Positions 8,285 to 15,672 of a stretch of 24,883 nucleotides of DNA are shown in pieces. Position 1 is the first letter of the stretch, and each line of letters opens with the position of its first letter. The notes under the pieces are model-generated. The model was not told the DNA's origin, made no database searches, and worked only from the letters and a program-made list of their open reading frames with translations. This stretch comes from Candidatus Dadabacteria bacterium. GTDB taxonomy: Bacteria > Desulfobacterota_D > UBA1144 > Nemesobacterales > CSP1-2. Both the position numbers and the translations under genes were made by a program. The stretch covers positions 64,919 to 89,801 of the forward strand of contig PSLL01000001.1 of NCBI GenBank assembly GCA_040289575.1, in the 5' to 3' direction.

Positions 8285-10840
8285 ATGGCTTCTGAGAAAT
8301 TTGGGATTGTAGAAGATAATGGAAAAACGACACTGAGTGGATCGGATATTGCGGATTGTATTTCGTCTGATCTTCAGCTACGTCTTCAAACACAAATCCC
8401 AAATCACGAATTTCAAGTATTAGAAGATGGGGTCAAGACGGTGGCAATTCATGAATTACCTGTAGAATATAAGGAAGGCATTATGGATATACCTCAGGAG
8501 GCGATTGATTTCTTTAGTGGGGATGAGTTACGTGCGAGGGTATTCTATGAAAAGTACGCCCTCCGCGATGAATCGGGCAGGATAATTGAAAAAACCCCAG
8601 ATGAGATGTGGCGAAGGGTCGCAAGGGAGATTGCTTCTCCTGAGAAGACGCAGAAGCTGAGGAAAGAGTGGGAGGAGAAGTTCTACTGGCTTCTCTCCGA
8701 TTTTAGGTTTATCCCCGGTGGGAGAATCCTCTTTGGCGCGGGCCAAAAGAGAAGGGCAACGCTACTCAATTGCTATTTCATTCCAATAAAAGAGGATTCA
8801 ATTGAGGCAATATTTGAGTGGTGCAAAGAGGCGGCAAGGACATATTCATTCGGCGGGGGCGTGGGAACCGATATTTCAATACTGAGACCCAAAGGCTCTC
8901 CAGTAAATAACTCCGCAATCTATTCGACGGGTGCCGTGTCTTTTATGGAACTTATGTCTACAACAACGGGAACAATCGGTCAGGCAGGGCGCCGCGGGGC
9001 TTTGATGATAACAATAGGCGTTGACCATCCTGACGTGATGGATTTTATTGACATAAAAAACGACCCTGCGAGGACAAAGGTCAGGTTTGCAAACATCTCC
9101 GTAAGGGTCACGGATGAGTTTATGAAGGCTGTGGAAGAGGACAGAGACTTTGAACTCAGGTTTGAAAATGATAAGGCAAAAATACGCAAAAGGATCAGGG
9201 CTAGAGACCTTTGGGAAAAGCTCATAAGATCGGCATGGGCTTCTGCCGAACCAGGGGTAATTTTCTGGGACACGGTAAAGAAGGGGTCTCCCACTGAGTA
9301 TAACGGAATGGAGATTCACGGATTCAACCCCTGCAGCGAGCAGGCATTGGAGGACTATGGAAACTGCTGCCTTGGAAATGTGAACCTCTCCCTTTTTGTG
9401 AGGGACGAGTTTACGGATAGAGCAGGGGTCGATTGGGAAAACCTGGAGTGCGCCCTCAGGTTCTCCGTTCGTTTTCTCGATAACGTTCTTGACTACAACG
9501 CCGATAAACATCCGCTCAAGGCTCAAACCGATGCGTCTCAGCACTCGCGTCGTATCGGCGTCGGGTTTACGGGTTTTGGCGATATGCTTCTTAAGCTCAA
9601 CCTAAAATACGATACACCGGAAGCCATTGAGTTTACGGATAAGGTGTTTGAATACATAAAGAACATCGCTTATGAGGCAAGCTCGGATCTTGCTTCTGAA
9701 AAGGGGAGTTTTCCTGCGTTTGACTTAGACATCCATTTATCAAGGCCATTTATAAGGATGCTCGGCGGGGGCGTAATTGAAAAGATAAAGAAGCAGGGGC
9801 TTAGAAATGCTTGCATACTCACGGTTCCGCCTGTGGGGAGTGGTTCAATCCTCGCGGGGACTACGAGCGGAATTGAGCCTATTTTTGCGCTTTCTTATTA
9901 CAGGCGTTCTAAATCCCTATCTCAAGAAGAGTTCAAGGTCTATCACCCGCTCGTAGGCGAATATATGAAGAGATTCGGTCTCCATGATGAAAGTGAGCTT
10001 CCTCCAACCATTATAACGTCGCATGAGATAAAGCCTGAGATGAGAGTGCGTATGCAGGCCGCGATTCAAAAACACATTGACTCGTGCATATCGAGCACCG
10101 TAAACCTTCCAACCGATATTACACCAGAAGAGGTTCAGAGGATTTATTTCCTCTCATGGAAACTCGGATGCAAGAGCATAACAGTCTATAGGGAGGGCTC
10201 AAGAGAAGGAATCCTTGTTACAGAGGAGGCATGGAAAAAGGGTAATGAAAAATCCGCGGTGAGCGCAGCCGCGCCGGAGCCTATGACCGGGGATGAAGGG
10301 GCGCAAAAACCCACCCCCATCTCGTCCCTTCGTCCCTCCCCTAGTGAGTCCAAACGAGTCGCCATGCCTGAGATTAAGCCTCTTAAGCGTCCTACTTATC
10401 TTGAGGGATTCACAGAGGTAATAAAAACGGGATACGGGAACCTATACGTTACCGTAAACACATATGAGGGGAGGCCTTTTGAGGTATTTGTTCAGATTGG
10501 AAAATCAGGATACACAACAATGGCAGATGCCGAGGCGATAGGGCGTCTTGCGTCCCTTGCACTAAGGAGCGGGATAAGCGTAAAGGACGTTGTAGAACAG
10601 CTTGAGGGGATAGGGGGGGCATCTCCAGTGTTTGCGGATGGAAAGCTCATTATGTCAATCCCCGATGCAATCGCAGCGGTTCTGAGAAAACACTTTATTG
10701 TCGGTAATGAAAAAGGGAAAACAAGACCAAAGGAGATTGACATAACAATGGAGCGCTGCCCCGACTGCGGTAGCCGTTCACTCGCATTTGAACAAGGCTG
10801 CGTTGTCTGCAAAACCTGCGGGTTTTCTAGGTGTGATTAG
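8285..10840 (+). CDS. nrdJ: Class II adenosylcobalamin-dependent ribonucleotide reductase with C-terminal TSCPD domain and Zn ribbon
   Basis: FIPGGRIL, LLNCYF, GRRGALM, NPCSEQ, CCLGNVNL, SGIEP, ISSTVNLP, TVYREGSR. C-terminal TGYGNLYVTVN...SIPDAIA and CPDCG...CVVCKTCGFSRC. No ATP cone and no adjacent beta subunit. Strong AGGAGG SD. Confidence 0.95.
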   Translation: MASEKFGIVEDNGKTTLSGSDIADCISSDLQLRLQTQIPNHEFQVLEDGVKTVAIHELPVEYKEGIMDIPQEAIDFFSGDELRARVFYEKYALRDESGRIIEKTPDEMWRRVAREIASPEKTQKLRKEWEEKFYWLLSDFRFIPGGRILFGAGQKRRATLLNCYFIPIKEDSIEAIFEWCKEAARTYSFGGGVGTDISILRPKGSPVNNSAIYSTGAVSFMELMSTTTGTIGQAGRRGALMITIGVDHPDVMDFIDIKNDPARTKVRFANISVRVTDEFMKAVEEDRDFELRFENDKAKIRKRIRARDLWEKLIRSAWASAEPGVIFWDTVKKGSPTEYNGMEIHGFNPCSEQALEDYGNCCLGNVNLSLFVRDEFTDRAGVDWENLECALRFSVRFLDNVLDYNADKHPLKAQTDASQHSRRIGVGFTGFGDMLLKLNLKYDTPEAIEFTDKVFEYIKNIAYEASSDLASEKGSFPAFDLDIHLSRPFIRMLGGGVIEKIKKQGLRNACILTVPPVGSGSILAGTTSGIEPIFALSYYRRSKSLSQEEFKVYHPLVGEYMKRFGLHDESELPPTIITSHEIKPEMRVRMQAAIQKHIDSCISSTVNLPTDITPEEVQRIYFLSWKLGCKSITVYREGSREGILVTEEAWKKGNEKSAVSAAAPEPMTGDEGAQKPTPISSLRPSPSESKRVAMPEIKPLKRPTYLEGFTEVIKTGYGNLYVTVNTYEGRPFEVFVQIGKSGYTTMADAEAIGRLASLALRSGISVKDVVEQLEGIGGASPVFADGKLIMSIPDAIAAVLRKHFIVGNEKGKTRPKEIDITMERCPDCGSRSLAFEQGCVVCKTCGFSRCD

Positions 10841-10888
10841 TGGTTGAGATGAAAGCAAACGCGAAGAGGTCTTTAGGCTGTTCGGTAT

Positions 10889-10926
10889 AAAAAAGTGGGA
10901 GTCTCCCACAATGGGAAGGCTCCCAC
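10889..10926 (-). terminator. Intrinsic terminator for the sigma factor gene (possibly bidirectional)
   Basis: Hairpin GTGGGAGTCTCCCA-caa-TGGGAAGGCTCCCAC (10895-10926) flanked by A6 (10889-10894), which is a U-tract on the minus strand. Confidence 0.75.
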
Positions 10927-11014
10927 AGCCAAAGAAGGGTAGATAACATTTTAGATGGTATTATCGGGCAATAGATTCGTTAGGGTAATAAGTATTTTTT
11001 TTTGAATTGGGTAT

Positions 11015-12124
11015 CTATTCGAGAAAGCTCTTTAGAACCTCTTCCGTATCCGCCTCTGCGAGCTTCTGGAGCGCGCTTCTTTCAATCTGTCTTATCCGCT
11101 CGCGTGTGAGATTGAACCTTTTTCCAATCTCATCGAGTGTATACGTGGTATCCTGGTCTATTCCAAATCTCAACCTGATTATCTCCTCTTCTCTAGGGGT
11201 GAGCTTCGAAAGAGCCTCTTTTATCCTCTTTGTAAGCGCCTCCTTTGCCACTGTGGAATCCGATGCTGGTGAGTCCTCATCGGGGACAAAATCGAGGAAC
11301 GTTGCTCCCTCTCCATTTGGTATGGGAGAGTCGAGATGAACCACGTCATTTTTTACATTAAGAATCCGCTTTACTACCTCAAGAGGAGTCCCCGATCTCT
11401 TAGCAATCTCCTCAGGGGTAGGTTTTCTTTCTAACTCCTTGCGAAGCGCCGCGCTTATCCTAAATACCTTGCTTGACTGCTCTAGCAGATATACGGGAAC
11501 CCTGATTGTCCTTGTCTGGTCTAAAAGCGCCCTTGACATTGCCTGATGTATCCACCACGAGGCGTAGGTTGAAAACTTGTATCCCTTTGTATGGTCGAAT
11601 TTCTCCACCGCCCTCATCAACCCGGCGTTTCCTTCCTGAACAAGGTCTGCAAGTGGAAGGTCCCGACCCATATACCTCTTTGCCATGCTCACAACCAGAC
11701 GCAGGTTCGCCTTTACAAACCTGCCCTTAAGCTCCTTCGCCTTCTCTATATAGGCCTTCATGAGTGCATTTAACCTCTTTATCTGCCTTTCTTTTCCCCT
11801 GCTTTTGCCGGCCTTATCAATAATCGCCTTTATCTCCTTTGCTCTTGCTTCACACTTCTTTATCTCCGCCGAGAGCCTTATTTCATCTTCCGGTTTAAGA
11901 AGGGACTCATGAGACATGTCCTTAAAGTAGGCGGAGAGCAGTCTGAGCTGCTCTTCAGGAGCCCAAAACTCCTCGTCAGAGGTTGGAGACTCAGATCCTT
12001 CAATCTCAATCTGAGACTCTCCGTCTATTGGAATAAGCTCCTCAAATCCCCCTTCCCGGGCAAAATCCCCAAACTCATCCGGCTCTAAATTCATTTCTTC
12101 AAAGTCTATGTTTTTTACTTCCAT
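11015..12124 (-). CDS. RpoD/RpoS-family sigma70 factor, non-primary (no region 1.1)
   Basis: ANLRLVVSMAKRY, DLVQEGNAGLMRAVEKFD, KFSTYASWWIHQA, RTIRVPV, TLDEIGKRFNLTRERIRQIE; 369 aa. Confidence 0.95.
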   Translation of the reverse strand: MEVKNIDFEEMNLEPDEFGDFAREGGFEELIPIDGESQIEIEGSESPTSDEEFWAPEEQLRLLSAYFKDMSHESLLKPEDEIRLSAEIKKCEARAKEIKAIIDKAGKSRGKERQIKRLNALMKAYIEKAKELKGRFVKANLRLVVSMAKRYMGRDLPLADLVQEGNAGLMRAVEKFDHTKGYKFSTYASWWIHQAMSRALLDQTRTIRVPVYLLEQSSKVFRISAALRKELERKPTPEEIAKRSGTPLEVVKRILNVKNDVVHLDSPIPNGEGATFLDFVPDEDSPASDSTVAKEALTKRIKEALSKLTPREEEIIRLRFGIDQDTTYTLDEIGKRFNLTRERIRQIERSALQKLAEADTEEVLKSFLE

Positions 12125-12399
12125 TCCTTCACCCTTTCTTAATTCTCCTCCTAAATGTTTAGATTAAAATTGGGCAATATAGGATTCTCTTTAGTGAAAA
12201 GTATCTCCGGAGAGACTTCCATATATCTAGCCCGCCGATTCCTCTACCCCTATAGTACTAAACTAATCATTCGGACACTAGTTTCAAGGTTAAAAAAATC
12301 TAAAAAACTAAGCGGTTATAATTAAATACAGAATAAAATATAGAATTAGTTTCGCCATTGGTACCTATGTATAATATAGCGTAATTATAGGAAAAATCA

Positions 12400-13155
12400 A
12401 TGAAAAATTCTATGTGGAGATTATTTATGAGACTAAAACGAGAGACTGTATATTTAGGGCCTATACTTTTCTTAATCTCAATTACCGGATGTGTGTATCT
12501 GCATCTCTTAGAGGTTAGGAGGCAATTATCTAGTTTTGAGAATAACTTTGAGATTAGGGATCAAAACGGGCTTACGCTTGTATTTCTAAACCCAGTTCTT
12601 CTTACCGAAGACATTATATGGCTTACGGAAATCGGTCCAACATATGAAGAAGAAACAGGCCATGGCAGGCTGTGGAGATACATATTTGAAAAACAGTATC
12701 CAGGTCCGAGGGATGAAAAGGGGGACTTTGATATACCTATCATAATGCTTTTTCAGGGGAACGATAGGCTCCGCGAGGTCAGATTTCCGGAGCGGTTTCT
12801 TGAGTTTGTGTCAAAGCCGCTGCTTATAAGGATGTTCAAGTCAATGGGATACTCTCAAATAAGCAAGCTCAGACGCAGCGCAACATCGAAATTTGAGGGC
12901 AGCTCAATGGAGATTCCAAGAAGGCAATTTATACTCAAGGTTCTGGGCAAGCCCTTTAACATAGAAAATTCCGATCATACATCAAGGCTTGTATACAGAT
13001 ACAATCTCAAAAAAGGAAAACCTGCCGATAGGGGTTTCAATATACTGATTAATTTCACATTTCAACAAGGAGACGATAAGCTCCGCAAAGCCGAGGGCAA
13101 TATCGGAGATATGAGGCTTTTTATGGATTTTTCAGTTGAGGGATCGGACAGATGA
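12400..13155 (+). CDS. Hypothetical lipoprotein
   Basis: 251-aa ORF, hydrophobic stretch ending SITG-C. ATGA overlap with ispE. Exact start uncertain (12400/12412/12427). Confidence 0.7.
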   Translation: MKNSMWRLFMRLKRETVYLGPILFLISITGCVYLHLLEVRRQLSSFENNFEIRDQNGLTLVFLNPVLLTEDIIWLTEIGPTYEEETGHGRLWRYIFEKQYPGPRDEKGDFDIPIIMLFQGNDRLREVRFPERFLEFVSKPLLIRMFKSMGYSQISKLRRSATSKFEGSSMEIPRRQFILKVLGKPFNIENSDHTSRLVYRYNLKKGKPADRGFNILINFTFQQGDDKLRKAEGNIGDMRLFMDFSVEGSDR

Positions 13156-14015
13156 ACTCTATCACCCTCCTTTCGCCGGCCAAGATTAATTTAACCCTTG
13201 AAGTTCTCGGGAAGAGACCCGACGGATATCACGAAATCAGGTCAATTGTACAACCCGTAAACCTGTTTGATGAGGTGAAGATTGACATAGAGAATGGGGA
13301 AGGAATCGAAATTAAATCTACGGGACTTGAGATTCCAATAGGGAAGGAGAATCTCGCCTGGAAGGCGGCTGATGTCTTTCTAAAAGAGAGCGGGCTGAAT
13401 CTCAATGTGGAGATTTCTATAAAGAAGAGAATCCCGCTTGGCGCCGGACTCGGCGGCGGAAGCGGCAATGCCGCGGCGGTTCTTGTGGGTATGAATAGGA
13501 TTACAAAAAGATTCGGTGAAAATGAGCTTATCCAGTTTGCGCCTAAAATTGGGGCAGACGTTGCACTCTTTATCAATTGCCGGAGCGCCTTAATTGAGGG
13601 GATAGGAGAGAAGGTAACACTTATAAGGGACTTTCCCTTCTTTTACTATGTTCTTTTAAACCCCGGGTTTGAAACCTCGACAAAGAGAATTTATGAATTA
13701 TGGGATGAGATAGCAAAGGAGGATTCAATAAGAACAAGTATTGAGGATACGATCTCCCTTTTTAAAGATGGGCGATTTCCACTGAGGAATGATCTAGAGA
13801 AACCGGCTATGCATCTTTACAGGGAGATAAGATCACTGAAGGATAGACTGGTCGGTATGGGTGTAGAGGCGGTGTCAATGACCGGAAGCGGTTCTACAGT
13901 TTTTGGGGTTTTTGGAGACGGAGGAGTGGCAAAGAAGATCTATGACTACATGAAAGACAGCGGTATGTTTAGGACCTTTCTCGCTCAGGGAATCTCCGGA
14001 TGGCATAGGCTGTGA
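13152..14015 (+). CDS. ispE: 4-diphosphocytidyl-2-C-methyl-D-erythritol kinase
   Basis: SPAKINLTL, RPDGYHEI, KRIPLGAGLGGGSGNAAA, IGADV, NDLE, MTGSGSTVFG. Confidence 0.97.
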   Translation: MNSITLLSPAKINLTLEVLGKRPDGYHEIRSIVQPVNLFDEVKIDIENGEGIEIKSTGLEIPIGKENLAWKAADVFLKESGLNLNVEISIKKRIPLGAGLGGGSGNAAAVLVGMNRITKRFGENELIQFAPKIGADVALFINCRSALIEGIGEKVTLIRDFPFFYYVLLNPGFETSTKRIYELWDEIAKEDSIRTSIEDTISLFKDGRFPLRNDLEKPAMHLYREIRSLKDRLVGMGVEAVSMTGSGSTVFGVFGDGGVAKKIYDYMKDSGMFRTFLAQGISGWHRL

Positions 14016-14178
14016 GTTCATGTTGAATTTGGTATCTACCAATATATAAATTTGCCTCACATAGAAAAGCTTGGTAGGATTTTAGCGAAATTTGTAGGGC
14101 AAATCTTGTATTATTTGCCCAAAACTCAGAATTGGGCAGTTATGTATATTATCCAGCGCGGTGTGCACGTAATTATAT

Positions 14179-14252
14179 TGGGGCGTCGTCTAACGGCAGG
14201 ACTCGGGCCTTTGGAGCCCGCTATGGTGGTTCGAATCCACCCGCCCCAGCCA
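14179..14252 (+). tRNA. tRNA-Gln (anticodon TTG), CCA encoded
   Basis: Acceptor TGGGGCG/CGCCCCA, anticodon arm CGGGC-CTTTGGA-GCCCG, T arm GGTGG-TTCGAAT-CCACC, discriminator G plus CCA. Typical position after ispE. Confidence 0.98.
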
Positions 14253-14361
14253 ATAAAAGAAGAGGGAATTTTATATTTATCTGACATATAAGAACAGTTT
14301 ATTCCTTGAAAATCGGCTTCTAGTGATTAATTTAAGAATAAAAGAGATACTTAGGAGCAAG

Positions 14362-14598
14362 ATGATGGATAGGCAATTTAGTGGTTACACAGCTACACAA
14401 ACAGAAAACGGTTTTCATGTGGTGTTTCATGATTCTCAAAGAACCCCGCTAGATATAACCTTTGATAATTTTCAAGAATTTGCTAATAAATACAATAGGG
14501 AGCTTATGTCTGGAAAAGCACCAAGGCTCTCGGATAAAGAAGAGGTTTTACTCTCACTTTTGCAGATGATGCTCATTCCAGGCAACACGATACACTAG
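14362..14598 (+). CDS. Small hypothetical protein (about 78 aa)
   Basis: AGGAG SD before ATGATG at 14362/14365: MMDRQFSGYTATQTENGFHVVF...LLQMMLIPGNTIH. No recognisable family. Confidence 0.65.
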   Translation: MMDRQFSGYTATQTENGFHVVFHDSQRTPLDITFDNFQEFANKYNRELMSGKAPRLSDKEEVLLSLLQMMLIPGNTIH

Positions 14599-14748
14599 AA
14601 TATATCTCATAGCAGGGACAGGCAAGTACTCCTAAATACGGTGAGTTGTATATTTCCCCTCAATAGCCCTTTATGAGGCTGTTTCTAGCCGATGTATCTA
14701 CCCGATTCATCTAGTTTATTGACTTCTTCCGAGAACAGGACAATACCT

Positions 14749-15315
14749 CTATAACTGTCCTTTATATCGTTTTCTATACCATCGTCCTAAGAAGATAAAA
14801 GGCGTGATCAATACAATTTCAAGAATGATTGTACCAATGTTATATAGATCAATCATACTCTTGATTCATTCTAGAATGGACGCAGATGGTGAGCCAGTAT
14901 GATGAACACCTAAAAACAACTGTACCGGAGAGATGAAATTTTCCCTAATTATTAGCCGAAACATAGGTATACGGGGTGGATGTCTGTAAGGGGTGGAAGG
15001 GCCGAAGAAATCAATGACCACATGTGAGAGATATGAAATGAAACATAGACTGAATATCAATGAAAACGGCTTCATTCTGATACTAAGGAGTTCGGCTATT
15101 ACCATACTTGCCATAAGGGCAAAACCTAGGCTGTGCGTAATTCCGTGATGGTACAGCTCCGGCCTACCTATTAGAATGCCGGGGAGAAAATCCAAGTCCG
15201 GGGCAGCTGCCATGAATATACACAGAGAGGCCAGCCTAAGCCGATTACGGTTTGTTGATGCCGCGGAGAATTTATAGACCGCATAGCCCGCTAAAGAGTG
15301 TCCAATGGGAGTCAC
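14749..15315 (-). pseudogene. YdjM-like membrane metal-dependent hydrolase with premature TGA
   Basis: TPIGHSLAG, APDLDFLPG, HHGITHSL, SHVVIDFF motifs. The frame continues past TGA (14868-14866): SILE*IKSMIDLYNIGTIILEIVLITPFIFLGRWYRKRYKGQL to TAG at 14749. Confidence 0.8.
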
Positions 15316-15470
15316 TTAGGAAATTCTCCGAGATTTTAAGAGTTCGGTTGCTCTATTCCTATACGTGATAGGAATGAAAGAAGATAAAAGAAATTAACAC
15401 ACCGGGTATGACAAGGCAAATGTAGTGAAATTAACTATTAAAATTTGCTTGGGTCTTGTCTGCTTAGCCC

Positions 15471-15498
15471 TTGACATGTATAAAATATAGGCTATATT
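15471..15498 (+). promoter_or_regulatory. Putative sigma70 promoter of pcrA/uvrD
   Basis: TTGACA (15471-15476), 16 nt, TATATT (15493-15498). Confidence 0.5.
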
Positions 15499-15672
15499 CG
15501 ATGCAAGGAATTTCCCCAAATATTTTTCTAAGCTTATAAAAGTAATTAATATATTACAGTCCTTATGGTATAGGCAGCAGGGAGGAATAAAAAGGAATAA
15601 AAACTATACCTCTATTATTATATCTTATCCCTTTTGTCTATTACCATATATCAGGGATGGAGGATTAATTAA

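Noticed and set aside
8876..9544. 222-aa antisense ORF and other shadow ORFs (e.g. 4671..5027, 7451..7870, 11007..11339, 13229..13576)
   Set aside because: They lie opposite or inside well-supported genes and have no recognisable motifs.
8285..10840. Intein or intron in nrdJ
   Set aside because: The catalytic motifs are contiguous, the length is ordinary, and no splice-junction or homing-endonuclease motifs are seen.
14052..14291. 79-aa ORF
   Set aside because: It overlaps the tRNA-Gln gene and is spurious.
7236..14868. TGA recoding (genetic code 4 or 25) suggested by two in-frame TGAs
   Set aside because: The two sites imply different residues (Gly at 7236, Trp at 14866). TGA is the real stop of mnmG, ispE, SCP2 and the CBS gene, and long genes such as nrdJ and pcrA have no internal TGA.
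15316..15672. Known LexA box upstream of ydjM-like/pcrA
   Set aside because: No CTGT-N8-ACAG or GAAC-N4-GTTC match seen by eye.
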